Shown here piece by piece: positions 1-13,605 of a stretch of DNA of 64,000 bases. Numbering within the stretch: position 1 is the stretch's first letter; each line of letters begins with the position of its first letter. A program made the translations under genes and the position numbers. The notes under the pieces were generated by a model. That model had not been told where the DNA came from and made no database searches. It saw only the letters and a list, made by a program, of their open reading frames with translations. The DNA is from Podarcis pityusensis (taxonomy: Eukaryota), in assembly GCA_964106645.2 (NCBI GenBank), contig OZ067048.1. The stretch is one strand, 5' to 3'.

Positions 1-1040
1 ACAAGCAGGAATCACAAGTGAATAAGAGCCTGCGAACCTCACATGAACTCTAGGCTCCTAATATTTTGTGGGATATTGCAAGCAATGGTGCAAAAGTTTA
101 CTAAAAAGTTCACAGTTCTATAAAGTTTGCATCTTGTTTTATTCTCACAACTTATGCATTTTAAATCAAGCTCTTAAAAAGTGAGAAACTGAGGGTTAAA
201 AAACACGCACACAAATGTTATTGTGTGGTTAAGCGATCTTCTTTCTTACTCTAAGACAAAGTGGTGAAAGCTAGCCAAAGCTACTCAAGAAAAGTATAGC
301 AGAGGAAAGATCTGAAACCAGGTCTTTTTGGTATATATTCAGTATCTAATCATTGGATCACACTAGTTCTTAATATCTTCAAAGCTGGATGTACACAGCC
401 ACAAAATTGTTCTTACTGTATTTGCTAGCCGAAACAGTACAGAAATGTCTTTTAAATGATGAGCACAAGAAGCAGGGGCTTCTCAGTGGTTGCCTCCTGC
501 CTGTAGAACTATCTTCCAACAGGTATTTCCTTTGCTTCATATTGTATGGCTTTTAAACAGGCCTTGTTTCGAAGCTGCTTTTAACAGAGACATGTTTGAT
601 GGAAATGTCCAATTTTGTTATTCTGTAATAGCTATACCATTGCTGGTTCTAACTATTTCTTGAATGGTTCAAGTAATATACATTTCTAAGACTGAATTGT
701 GAAATATTTAAAATGCTCCTTTAAGTTATTGTTTTGTTGAAATGATGTATTGTAGTTTTCTATTTAGAAGCTGCTTTAGGAGGGCTCCCTTTCCTCAAAG
801 AGCAACCTAGAGATACTTCAAACAAATAAATATTTTTGCTGGGGTCAGTGCGGTGTCAATGCTGAACAACTCCCATTTAATATATGTCAGTGGTGAATAA
901 CTACAATTTAATATATGCCAATCACCAACTACGGATTAAAAATGTAAGAAAAGTTCACTGCTCCTTCTTAAATACTGTGCTTTGATTATGATCTTATCCA
1001 TATGCAAAATTCCAGCCAATTCAAACAATGTAATAATATA

Positions 1041-1523
1041 CAGTGGTACCTTGGTTCTCAAACGCCTTGGTACAAACAACTTGGAACCCAAACACTGCAA
1101 ACCCAGAAGTGTTCTGGTTTGCAAACTTTTTTCAGAAGCCAAACATGCTCTGCTTTGAGTGTCACCCTTCCGTTTTGAGTGTTACACTGAGGTCTGTCTG
1201 TTTTTGCTATTTATGTTGCATTTTTTGTTTCTGCGTTTTTTTTGTTTTTGTTTTTGTGACTGTGTGGAACCCAGTTCAGCTACTGATTGATTGACTGTGT
1301 GACTGCAATACATTGTTTATTACTTTTATTTTATGGATCAATGGTCTCATTAGATAGTAAAATTCATATTAAATTGCTGTTTTAGGGGTTATTTTTAAAA
1401 GTCTGGAACAGATTAATCCATTTTGCATTCCTTTCTATGGGAAAGCGCACCTTGGTTTTGGAACGCTTTGGTTTTGGAACGGACTTCCAGTACGGATTAA
1501 GTTTGAGAACCAAGGTACCACTG
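1041..1523. mobile_element. Tc1/mariner (pogo/Tigger-like) MITE
   Basis: TIRs CAGTGGTACCTTGGTTCTCAAAC...GTTTGAGAACCAAGGTACCACTG, with TA on both sides. Confidence 0.9.
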
Positions 1524-3344
1524 TAATACATTTGCGCTAGTTCATATTGTGTCGGCAGCACTGGTTCAGCAATTAAAGCTCTCAGAGGAGCAGGGAATAA
1601 TTAAAATTTCCATGTGTTTTTTGCCCAGACCTAAAGTTAATGACATACATCCCCATTCAAATGGGACTTTGCTATACAGACAGAATTAAAGTAGAGATAG
1701 GCAGAAGATTGATCACGAATGGCTGATTGCCTGACAATCTGTGTCAGGCTGGCTACAGCAGTCTGGGCTGCACTCAGCTCTGACTACGACACTCAAAGTG
1801 ATGAGAAACAAGGACTAGTGTTCACTGTGCACCATTGTAGCCCTTACTGATGCGCTGGGTTGAGCAGTGGCACGCAGTATTTGAATTGGGCAATGAGAAG
1901 CCAGCTGGCCTTTGTTCTTTGGTCTCTCAACTTCTGGTGATGACCAAAGCAGAAGAAGCTGCTTAGCAGCATTTTCAGGCCAGCATTAGGTAGGCACTCT
2001 GTTTTTCACTGGATTAGGAACTGATCATGATGCACTGGCATGAAGCGGTAGACTGAAGAGGAAGCCCAGAAACTTGTGGCTACCCCAGAATTCACAATGT
2101 TAATATGCTCACTGGCACATTATGGCATGGTGTGAGCTTGTGACTCTCCCCTTAGCTAACCCTGATTGAAGAAAAATACTAAACTAAGTTGATGGGAAAG
2201 GCAAGAGAAGCAACAGCAGCTGCTCAGTCTCAGACCCTTAAGCTGAGTGGCAGCAGGTTCCTCCAGAACTTTCTTGCCCTACCTTTAAGGTGTCCATGCA
2301 TGTCTTCTGCCCCTTATGCTCTTTGCTTATGCCCAGCTTTTGGGGTGGGTTATGCTTGAGTCTCTTGCCATGGATTCACTAGCATGGTGGGTCAAGTTCT
2401 CTCTCAGAATACCCCACCTGCAAAATGGGCACATGATTTCTGTCTTGAAGGTTCTCTTATATGTTTGATCTTGACCATATTTATTGCAAATATTGAAACT
2501 GCTTATAGTCTGTGTCCTCTCCCTCTCTTGGGTGATCTGTTTTCAGAGGGAGACTAGTACTACCTGCAAATCAGTGAGCCCACAGCAGAAAACTCAGTGC
2601 TTTAATGCAGGGATAGAAGTGACTGGTGGCTGAAAAATGGAAAGCTTATACAATAATGAACCTTTCCTAAAGGCCCTGCCTCTACTTTCCTTAACTGGCT
2701 ATTTTGTGACTTATTCCAGCTTCAGGGCTCTGGTTAAAAGGGGGGTAGGAATGGAGTGTCCAGCTCCAGTGTACCTAACCCCAATCTAAAGGAATGTAAT
2801 TTCTAGACCTCTTTAGTCACATGAGGTTGTCAACAAGCACAGAATGCTCCGATGATGAGAACATGGAGAACAGTTGGATCAAGTCCAGCATCCTGTTTCT
2901 GACAGTGGCCAGTGAGATGCCTTTGTGAAGACCACCACAAAAGCACAAAAGCAGCTACCCCTTCTTGCTGATGGCAGCATACGCTATTCAGAGAAACATT
3001 CCATATGAAGTTTCCATTTTGCCACTCATCGGACTGTATTTCATAGATTGGCCTACCTCCCCCCTTTTAAAGGCCTCTACACAGGGAGCCATCAAGGCAT
3101 CTTGCAACATTGCATTCCTTAAGTCAATGATGCAGTGAGTGAAATACTTTGTTCAAAAACTAATTTGGGTGACACCAAATTATGGTACTGTGAAGAAGGA
3201 AGGGGAGAAAGTCCATCTTCCCACTTCTTTCATCATTAATAATTTTATGAATTTCTATTATGTATCTCATTCATTAGATATTAATGAGACAGTTAAAAAG
3301 AGTCCTGCTGAAAGAGTTTGAACATTAACAATAATTCTCTAGTT

Positions 3345-3603
3345 GAGGGGTCAGCAAACTTTTTCAGCAGGGGGCCGGTCCACTGTCCCTCAGACCTTGT
3401 GGTGAGCGGGACTATATTTTTTTGGGGGGGGGGAGAATAATGAACAAATTCCTATGTCCCACAAATAACCCAGAGATTCATTTTAAATAAAAGGACACAT
3501 TCTCCTCATGTAAAAACACGCTGATTCCCGGACCGTCCACGGCCCAGATTTAGAAGGCGATTGGGCCGGATCCAGCCCCTGGGCCTTAGTTTGCCTACCC
3601 ATG
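3345..3603 (+). mobile_element. hAT MITE, family A copy 1
   Basis: Ends GAGGGGTCAGCAAACT...AGTTTGCCTACCCATG, 8-bp TSD CTCTAGTT; three more copies in the window. Confidence 0.9.
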
Positions 3604-6486
3604 CTCTAGTTGTAATGTAGACAAGTGCTCTCCCAGAAGGCACATCGCATCTACAAATAGCGTATATAGAGCTGAACATGGCTGCAGAATCTATGCAGAA
3701 ACAGCTACCTTTCAGCATGTCCTGCTGGCAAGTTCAGTTGCCAAGGCCACGGCTTGTCTAAACCAGTCTTTCACATCTGAGTTTGCAACTGGAGGGAGGA
3801 GGAAAATTTGGCCCAGGCATCATTAATTGCTGACCCATATAATAAACTTTGCTCAACTTGTTCTTTAAAAACAAAGTGTCTACAATCTTACATTGGCAAA
3901 CGCATATGTGGATTTTACAGACCACAGTCCAACTGATTTTGTTCCAGACAAAGCACTATGGGACGTTCATCTTTAAGACAGTGGGCTCCAAATGGAGGAT
4001 AGTTACGAAGATGTCAAATAAAAATAAGACCAGGTTTACTGAAACACATATTCCCTTTCCCCAGCAGAGCTCTTATTACAGAGAAACATTGCCGTTGAGA
4101 AACCACTAGCATGCAGCATTGGAACAGATTAGTGAGAAGTGTTTCCTTGCTCCCGCTGGACATTTCTTAAAACAATCCCAGCTCCTCTTAGCACATAAAT
4201 CTTGCATAAACAACAAATGCGAACAGCAAAACAATCAACAGCTTTTGTAGCTTCCTACACCAAGCAATTCCAAAATGGTGGATTAAGAACTCCCAGTGAG
4301 CCCTGTAGAGACTGCTGGTTGCTAGTTCGCCAGTAGCACAGAACCAAGGACACTGGGGCAAGATTCATACATTACTGGAAACACTGGCATGGGGAAGAAT
4401 CATTCTGCTTACCGATACGGTTCCTTTCTACAGGTGCTAATGGAACAGTGTGGGACCAGAAGTCAGAGAAGCGGCTCCAATGCCATTCTGGTTACGTTTG
4501 AATTATGCCCAAATGGGCCACCATTCATAATTACAGCAGTACCAATCCACATTTGCCTGAAAAAGTGGGCTCTTTGCTTTCTGCATTGCACTGCATATTC
4601 TTAATTTCTCAGTAACACTTTTGACCTCCCATTATTCTGCGGGTATGTGTGGAAATATTCACACAAGGTTTGCAAAATGGTTTATAATTCAGAGGGACAT
4701 TCTGTATCCTGCGCCTTCAGCCTTTACTTCTGCTTTTCTCCAAATGATATCAATGCCATTTGCTATTAAATAAATTGCACACAGCTTCTTTATCAAACAT
4801 ACTTCTATAAGTCTCTATTCAGTTGGCATCAACCTGAATAGAAAAGTCTTCCTAAAATTTTGTGAAGGACAGGAACTGATGTTAAAGTTCCATAATTCTG
4901 AGGACACCATGGGGAAAACTGCTATGCTAAAAAAAATCAACTAGATTTTAAATCACTAAAAGCTGGTATGAGGAGTAGGGCTTTGTCTGGTTATCTTAGT
5001 GAGCAGTGACATACACACGGGTTATCTAAACTAGGTAGCATTGCACCAAAACATAGTATAAGTAGACAGATTTAGGTACTTTCTCCAGAGAATAAATTAG
5101 AAATAATTGTGGGGCAGGGGGAGACTGCATCTATAAAAGTTAATTACAGGTGTCCTTTCCTGAAATTTGGAAGAATTGAAATTGTTGATCTCTTCCAAAT
5201 TGTCATTTGTAGCACAGACACAGTTTCGCAGCACTTTACTTAAGGCCAAACTTTTCTTGGGTCTTATGGTGTCAGCAAGGATGGGGTGGGGATGGAAGAA
5301 ACTGTCACAGGAAGACCTCCGAGAGTGGAGGTGGTTCTGGGGACCATTTTGATTTTGCGTGGGTTTGCATTTATGTGAAGTCCCGAGCACATACCCCCTG
5401 TGTTAATTGCTGTCCTACTGTATGTACTTCTTTATTTCCCACAACCAACAGAAATGAAAAGGGTCAAGGGTCTTTATATAAGATCCATCTTTGGCTCCTG
5501 ATAGCAATTGTTAGCAGGTAAGCAATATGTGTTTATTGTGCATAGAGCACAGGCAGGAAACTAGAAAATAGTTTGCTTCTTATACAGAGAAACACAACTG
5601 ACACTAGACTGTGAAAGAAAAGGATAGGAAGGTATTGTGGACTTCTGTTTTTTGCAAGAGGTAGCCAGACTGGTTGGAATGGGCAGCATATATATTTATT
5701 TGGGACATTTTGACTTCAGCAGAAAGTAAGTTCAAAGGCAGAACTTGAAACTTTGAAATCCTGGGAAAAGAAAAAAGTCTTCTTCTGGTGCCAAGAAGAT
5801 AACAAAGTAGGTGCACCAGGTGATTCCCTCCGGGGGGTGCGGGGGTGGGGAGTTCCTCAAGACTACCAACACCAGGCACTCACTGTCTCTGGATGCCACA
5901 CACCTCACCTCAGAAATATTGGTTACTCCTGACAGATGGAAGGTTTTTTCCAAGTGGGGCTTTCATTCTAACTGGAATTTCCTTGCAGTTTTCTGTAAAC
6001 TGCTTCTTAAGTTCCCTGGAGTTTAAAAAAAAAAAAAACCAGAAGAAAAAACAGCTTGAGATGTGGAAGAGAAGAGCTGATAAGAAGAGAAAGAAAACAT
6101 GAAGATCCCACTGGATGTGCAGAATTGGTTGTGCAACTCTCTGGATTGTGGCCTGACTCTGAAAGACAATTCTAGAAATCCAAGTCTTCCCAGCTGGCTG
6201 TGACACAATGCTATTGTCTCATCATGATGAACCATGTCCAGAGACCAGGGCTTTTTTTAAGGCCGCCCAATTAGTTTGGTGGTTGGTTATTCTATATCAC
6301 TGAGGCCATGAAATCTCAAAATGCCATTAAAAACAACTATTGATGTTTGACAAAGGTAATTGTGCAGACAACACTGCCAAAGCAAATCCATTCAGTTGAC
6401 ATGAAGTGCAGCCATCTTGAAATTATCTACTCATAAGATAATGTAATATAAGCAACTGTGCTTCCCCCACTCCATCTGAGTAGTGA

Positions 6487-6523
6487 GTGTGTGTGTGTGT
6501 GTGTGTGTGTGCACGCGCGCGCA
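6487..6523. repeat. (GT)n microsatellite running into a (CG)n tract
   Basis: gtgt...gtgcacgcgcgcgca, continuous purine-pyrimidine alternation. Confidence 0.9.
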
Positions 6524-8009
6524 TTGGTCAAATATTTGTCATTCCTTGGAAACATCAGGATGCAACAAAAATATTTATTACTTTAACAGATAATAGAGAC
6601 CTTTCTCCCTCTCACAGTATTAGGGTGGGGCATCTGAAGCACAGAGTTGGGTGACTGCCTTTGTAATTCTTTGAAAATTTTAAAAATTTAAACAACAATA
6701 AACAAAGCCAAGAAACACCACATGTAGTGTCTTTGTTACACTCATTTCCCATAAATCATAGAGAGCACAAATTCAGTCCCCAGACACCTCAAGAATCTCA
6801 TTATTAATCAAACAACAGTCCCCTCAAGGTAATGGGTGTCTCCAAAATAAATGGTGACCTAATGGCGGCCTGTAGCTTTCCCCTTCCCCCTGTCAATAAT
6901 GTGAAGAATGGAAATCAAATTCCCAAGACATTATCCTGTTTTACTAGCCCTATCAGCTATCTACTATGGTGTGTGAGCTTTTCTGAAAGGGCTATCTGAT
7001 ATGTTCTCCCATACTACTTTTCTACTCAGAAATCCATTTTTTGTTTTCCATTACCTGGGTATCTCCATCCTCACCACCACCAAAAACAGCCACACCCAGT
7101 CCTTGTACAACACTTCCCCTATTGTTCCATATAACATTTGCAAAGCTGCCTGCCATAGCCTGACCATCATCGATTTTAGGCAAGCTCCTAGGGGCCGAGG
7201 TTTCTTCATTCCCAATAAAATATTTGAGGGGTGCAGTGTCCCCCAAGTTTATAGGCATTGCTATTCAAATGGTGTGTGTGTGTGCTATGTCATGTAGAGC
7301 AGGGCTTACCTGGGGCCCCCTAATACTTTATTCAACTTGGCAACCCTGGCTGTGGCCCATTATTCACAAGAAAACTGATGGCTAGATAAAAGGCATTCAT
7401 GCAAATATACCCAACCTTCTCTGCAGGTTCTTTAGGCTAGAATAAGCAGGCATATTGCAGACAAAGGGCTTCAGGTTTTGTTTTCTATTATGATCTCAAC
7501 TCTTTTTGGCCCTATTTCTCTTTTATGGATCCTAATCTCCAGTAAGTCTTAAGGAAATTGCCTCCTTTTTAGAAAACCAACGTCCAGATGTGGTGGGATG
7601 TTGGAAAGATGGAACCATTTTTCAGCATGACCATTTTAATATACCAGCATATGCTGCTTCCAAAGAATATATTTGGGTTCCCACTTTTAGCAAATGATGC
7701 TCAAATGACTTGGACAGTAAAATGTCTACCATCAGGCATCAGCCAAAAGAAAAGAAAAGAAAACAGTTCAGGAATCCAGCCTCCACCTGGTCTAGTGAAA
7801 CAAGCTCACATAGTGCATTTCTCCCGTGAAATGTACGCTTGAATTGCTGCCAGACGATGGAAGCATCTTCTTCACCACAGTGTGGTTGTTAGCTGCCTTT
7901 CCACAGCGGAGGCTTGCAGGGAATCTATCAGTGTGAATGGTTTGAAAAAAATACATAGTTGCCCCCTGCTGCAAATATTTGGCTTAAAAATAGGCCTGCC
8001 AGGTATGTA

Positions 8010-8235
8010 CAGTGGTACCTCAGGTTACATACGCTTCAGGTTACAGTCTCCGCTAACCCAGAAATAGTGCTTCAGGTTAAGAACTTTGCTTCAGGATGAG
8101 AACAGAAATCGTGCTCCGGCGGTGCAGCGGCAGCAGGAGGCCCCACTAGCTAAAGTGGTGCTTCAGGTTAAGAACAGTTTCAGGTTAAGTACGGACCTCT
8201 GGAATGAATTAAGTACTTAACCTGAGGTACCACTG
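8010..8235 (+). mobile_element. Tc1/mariner MITE, family B
   Basis: TIRs CAGTGGTACCTCAGGTTA...TAACCTGAGGTACCACTG, TA TSD, internal CTTCAGGTTA repeats; inverted copy at 30653. Confidence 0.9.
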
Positions 8236-8326
8236 TAGTTTCAGGACAGAGGTCATGTGGAATTATTAGAAAAAGCTCCTTGATCGCCATCCCAACATAT
8301 TATTTCTTTAATTTAGTACTCTTAAT

Positions 8327-8441
8327 CTTAGGGTGCATGGGTCTGAGCCCCACATTGGGCAAAGGATTCCTGCACTGCAGGCAAGGAGTTGGACTAAATG
8401 ACCCTTGTGGTCCCTTCTGAATTCTATGATGCTACGATTCT
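8327..8441 (+). mobile_element. SINE fragment with CR1-type 3' tail
   Basis: GGTCTGAGCCCCACATTGGG head and GTTGGACTAAATGACCCTTGTGGTCCCTTC...ATTCTATGAT tail. Confidence 0.55.
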
Positions 8442-9293
8442 GCATGTTTCTACTGTACTTTCTTTAAACTTTTCAAGGTAGTGTTCACAGTTCTCAATCA
8501 CCCTCCTTTTATTCTCATGACCACACTGTGAAGTGATTAAACTGAAAAGGGGTGTAACTGGCTCAAGGTTGGGGACATGTGAAATTAACTGGATATGATC
8601 ATCTACTTATTTAGACAGAAAACATATATTCGCCATCCCCATTCTGCACATTCTTTCTCTTTCTAGTTCAGGTAAACCACAGGAAAATAATTAGTTACCC
8701 CTGTCCCCCTTCTTCCATACATCTATACAAACATCCCAATGTTTACTCTGATGCTTTTTTCATGTTCAGACTTTTTCCTTAGAAAGTTACTGGCCTGGTA
8801 ACATTGCACATTTGTAACATATTACTGCAAACTTAGGAAAACACACAGTAGTGTTAGTTTAAGACACAATCAACACTGTAAGCAACCTGAGACGCCTTAT
8901 TTTCTCTAGCTACAGTCTGCATTTTGCTATTTTACATTTTTTAGATTCAGATACAATTACAAAGGACTTCTCTAGCATAATATTTATAATCAGTTTACCA
9001 AATTCATCGAAAGAAAAATATCAAATTTCATCTGTGTCCATTTCACTTTACTTGTTTCTCAAATTAAATGATATCATTTAATGCATGGGTCTAAATTAAA
9101 ACTTTGTTCAAAATGCTGAAAATCATGATGACATATCTGAATATAGTAAATTATTTTATAAATAAAAAGATTCAAATTATTAATAACACCCTCTTGCCTG
9201 TCTAATCATTCTTTTATTGAAAGTAGAGTTTGCAAACATATAACAACTTCATCACAGTGACTATAAAGGAAGTTAATTATCTGTGCTCTTAAT

Positions 9294-10108
9294 TGTCCCG
9301 AGCACACCCAGCCCTCAGTGAGGACATGCAATTAGAAGTTTAGTTCTTTATAGGCAAAGCCATGGGTAGGCAAACTAAGACCCAGGGGCCTGATCCAGCC
9401 CAATCGCTTTCTAAATCCGGCTGCAGATGGTCCGGGAATCAGTGTGTTTTTACATGAGTAGAATGTGTGCTTTTATTTAAAATGCATCTCTGGGTTATTT
9501 TTGGGCACGGGAATTCGTTCATTATTTTTTTTTCAAAATATAGGCTCCTCCCCCCCCCCAAGGTTTGAGGAACAGTGGACCGGCCCCCTGCTGAAAAAGT
9601 TTGCTGACCCCTGGACAAAGCACTAGATTACAGCAGCTCCTAAACTGCAAGAATCACATGCACTGCTCATGCTCAATAGCTGGCTAGGAATCTCCTCCTT
9701 CAGACTTGTGCTCTACCCAAACAGTTGGTACAACAGCACAACCACTCCTCCAGCACAGTTAAACCCCCTATTCTGCCGTAGTGCACACAAGCAACTGGTG
9801 ACTTTCCTGAGTGGCAGCTCCAGCTGCTCCTGTTGCTTTAAGACCTCCTTGTCCCTAGAGACACTGGGGTAGGGGGTGGCCCAACTCTCTCTGGGGCTGT
9901 CTCTCCCTCTGCAACTGTCTCATCCACCTCTTTGCCTTCCTGCAACTTCTTCCCCTCTTCCCCCATCTCTGACTGCCCAGAATCTTCCTCTTCCCCCTGC
10001 CTCATAGGCGGTACAGAACCTGACAAATCACTGGCCCCTTCCACTGGATCATCTTTCTGGCCTCCTGCCTCCTCTGCCCACCCTTTGGACTCCTACCTGT
10101 CCCTAACA
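9294..10108 (-). mobile_element. Probable solo LTR, interrupted by a hAT MITE
   Basis: TG...CA ends, near-matching 5-bp flanks TTAAT/TCAAT, GC-richer than the surroundings, ATAAAG near the minus-strand 3' end. Confidence 0.55.
9361..9613 (-). mobile_element. hAT MITE, family A copy 2
   Basis: Reverse complement of the 3345 copy; TSD GGCAAAGC/GACAAAGC. Confidence 0.9.
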
Positions 10109-11017
10109 TCAATAGTTGTTGTTTTTAAATAGTGGATTTAGTGGGAACTTGATTCCCTAAAATGTTCATTAAGTCATTACTTTTAATTCAATACTTCTCA
10201 GCTTGTTCTCATTCCCACCATATGATGAAAAGTCCCCCCCCTTTTCCTTTCTATGTTTTACATCAGATGCACAGAAAAAAATGTATCCATCATAGTTACC
10301 TGCATTTTGCATTAAAAAAAAACACGGGACACCATTTAATAAGCTTGATAACACAGCAAGCAGATTCTTTTTGTATAATCTTTAATATGAGCATTTAAAA
10401 AAACTGCAGGTGACACTCGCCATAGAATCAACACTTCTTGTCCTCAGTTCTAATCCACAGTGGAAAATGTCTATTCAAATATTACCCTTGTCATAACATG
10501 TGTGTGCGATCTAAAAAAAAATAAAGGAAGGGTACAATCCTAACCCTTAATCAGTTAGGATTCAGTGGAAGCTCTGCAACAACCAGAGAAAGTAGAAGAA
10601 ATACTACTGCCAACAGTGTTTCACACAGTAGCCAGCAGAGGCCCCCCAAATGAGGCATGGGAGGGCAGCTAAGGATCTGCTAGATACTATGCCAGTCCAG
10701 GTCCCAGACGGAGGACTGACACAGCTGGCACAAGAAAATAAACAAGGAGAAAATACACTCACACCCCTCGTGCCCTTGGTTGTTGCAAGCAGCAGTGCTT
10801 CAGAGGGGGCAGTTAATTTAGGGTTCGAATCTTGTGTAGTTTCTGGACCAATGGTCACTCTCACTCACAAACCTTGAAGGAGGTTTGTGAAGCAGGTTCT
10901 GCTTCTGTTCCTTTCCCAACAAGAGTAATCTGCTTCACAGCTGCATTAGCAAAGCAATGTAACTCCTTATCATTTGCTAGCTCTTCAACCAAGCCCTTTA
11001 GCTTACTAATATTCCAG

Positions 11018-11165
11018 CCTTTAAAATGTGTTTGTGAGAGGGTGGTGGTTGTTTTGTTGTTTCTGTCTTAACTATTTATTTGTGCTTTTATCTTGTATTT
11101 TTATCTTGTGAACCGCTCTGAGATCTTTTGATGAAGGGCGGTATGTGACTTAAATAAATAACAAA
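11018..11165 (+). mobile_element. L2 LINE 3' tail
   Basis: TGTGAACCGCTCTGAGATC...GATGAAGGGCGGTAT...AAATAAATAA, similar to the tail of the 32.4 kb L2. Confidence 0.6.
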
Positions 11166-11351
11166 TAATTCCTAAAGCTGGGCCCAAATCACTGTGCACC
11201 CATGGTGATTCCCCCTTTCCCGTTATAACGGCAGTGCCCCCAAGGACTGCTGCTGCAAAGGAAGAAAATTGGCCACCATCCCCTCCACAAGAGCACATGG
11301 AAGTGATTTACATACATGCCTCTCCCGGCTCTGGCTAACTGTTTATATATA

Positions 11352-11895
11352 CCGTATTTTTCGCCCTATAGGACGCACTTTTTCCCCTCCAAAAATGAAG
11401 GGGAAATGTGTATGCGTCCTATGGGGCGAATGCAGGCTTTCGCTGAAGCCTGGAGAGCGAGAGGGGTCAGTGCGCACCGACCCCTCTCGCTCTCCAGGCT
11501 TCAGGAGAGCCCCACCGCCAGCCCCACAAGCTCGGGGGACAGCGGGGAGGCGGAACGCCGCCATCCCGCTGTCCCCCGACTTGGTTAGAAGGCTGGCGGG
11601 GGGGAGAAGCCTTCTCCTCCCCGTTGCCAGCCCCGCAAACTCGGGGGACAGCGGGAGAGGCGCAGCACGCCTTTCCTGCTGTCTCCCGACCTGGTTTGGA
11701 GGCTGGCGGAGGGCTTCCCCCTCCCCCAGCCCCGCAAGCTCCCAGAGCGATGCCAAAGCTGCACGCAGCTTTGGCATCGCTCTGGGTCCCGTTCTGGGGG
11801 CTGGGGGAAATAAAAATTTTTCCCTTTATTCCCCCCCCCCCCCAAATCTAGGTGCGTCCTATGGGCCGGTGCATCCTATAGGGTGAAAAATACGG
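11352..11895. mobile_element. GC-rich Tc1/mariner MITE with internal palindrome
   Basis: TIRs CCGTATTTTTCGCCCTATAGGA...TCCTATAGGGTGAAAAATACGG, left TA; CpG-rich interior. Confidence 0.85.
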
Positions 11896-12429
11896 TTCAT
11901 GCATTCTGTCTTATTTCATTTATGAATAGCTTCCTATAAAACACCCCAAAGCAATTTAAAAATAAAAACATTTAAAATATACACACACAAAAATCAAATT
12001 ATTGTAACCCAATGTGGGAGCTTGCAGTGAAGGCAGGCAAGAAATCAAATTAATAATAATAATTTCTAGTCAATAGAGACAGAATCTGATAATATAGCTC
12101 TACTTAAAAGGCTTGTTGGTTACACATAGCCTATAGTATCTTGTATCTGCTACATAATTGTTTATTTTCTTTCACTTGCAGTTTTAAAAGGATAATTTAA
12201 AGAAAAGGGGGAAAATAGAATGCAATTGCAACCTACAATGCTATATCAATCCATGTAATCCATGTAATGTTTAGGAAGATCGGGGACTTTCCAGGTGAAC
12301 ATACTCTAACGTCTATGTTTCACATAATGTCAAAGTATTATGAGCTGTTTACACCGATTAACTAACAACTGTACTGCAGTTTGGGCAAGAAGTTATTCAC
12401 ATGCCATTGAGTTCATTAAAGATTAAATT

Positions 12430-12443
12430 GCACCCTCTAGTGG
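12430..12443 (-). promoter_or_regulatory. Candidate CTCF motif
   Basis: Minus strand CCACTAGAGGGTGC, close to the CTCF core consensus; motif match only. Confidence 0.4.
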
Positions 12444-13469
12444 TACAATGCATACTTTGAAAAAATGTAAGTAGCTGTGCAACTAGCCTTGTTTCAAGAT
12501 TTTAAGTGCTCTCTTGCTGATAGAAATTCAGGTTGTTAATCCCTTACCAAGTAAAAGGCACCTCAGATGGAGTTAGGAGAGAACAAAATCTAAAAGGTAA
12601 CTCAATACTGTTGGATAGACATTTCAAAATAAATTGCATCTTGAATTTTAAAAGTTAGAGTCTACATGATTCCGGTTAGCGTTTCAAAGGAAATCATTCC
12701 TAAGGTTCTTGCTTTCTTTGTTCATTCTTTCCTGCAGTTTGAAAAAAGTACTCCTCAGCATTGTGATGGATTACATATTTATTTGTAACACACCCAGTAA
12801 GCGGAAAATAAGGCTGATATCCTGAATATGTTTACTTGGATAAAAGTTTGATTCAGTTCAATCAGACTTATTTCCATGTAATCACACAACATCTAGAGAC
12901 AGAGGTTAGATCTCTCTTCTTTTACAATTTTTCATCATTAAAGAATACCTTGGAATTTGTATAAATTCAATTTAGTTTGTTACATCTATACCTTTCCTTA
13001 ATCCTTGGAGCTGAGCTGTATGCCTGTATTAATGTGGATATACAATCAATATCAGTGCACACCATAACAAATCCTAGCCAATGCACTGGATTCCAACCAA
13101 GGTTTGAATTTTGCTAAGTAGCAACCCAGTGGAATATGAAGCACAGCTTACACAGCAAAAAAAAAAAACACAGACTCCTGATTGTAACCACAACAAATCA
13201 CTCAATTTATTGATATAGAAAGTTAAATAGTATTATTAAATGTTATGAAAATGATATGAAATGGAATTATGAATGTTTATAGAACTTACACAGAAAATAA
13301 AATGTATAGAAATAGAAGAAAATATAAAATACTTTAGGATAAAATATTTTAGAATAAAACAATCTACAAAGAATTGAATTTAAAGCAACAAAGCAATTGG
13401 ATATAATATGTAGGAATCACAAAACAATCAACCAGTGTAAATAATATAATCCCCTAACTCTCTCCAGCC

Positions 13470-13605
13470 CAGGCTTCCGCAGACTCAGCCTTCCAGATGT
13501 TTTTGGCCTACAACTCCCATGATCCCTAGCTAGCAAGACTAGTGGTCAGGGATGATGGGAATTGTAGTCTCAAAACATCTGGAGGGCCAAGTTTGATGAA
13601 GCCTG
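13470..13605. mobile_element. Palindromic hAT MITE
   Basis: CAGGCTTC...GAAGCCTG ends, internal CTACAACTCCCAT/ATGGGAATTGTAG arms, TSD CTCCAGCC. Confidence 0.9.

Noticed and set aside
5610-6205. Possible additional LTR-like segment (also ~1740-2560 and a LINE-like stretch at 10600-10960)
   Set aside because: No matching TSD or recognisable motif; cannot be supported without a repeat-library search.
11269-11886. 205-aa and 144-aa overlapping ORFs
   Set aside because: Lie almost wholly within a GC-rich MITE; open because of GC content and the palindrome; no protein motifs.
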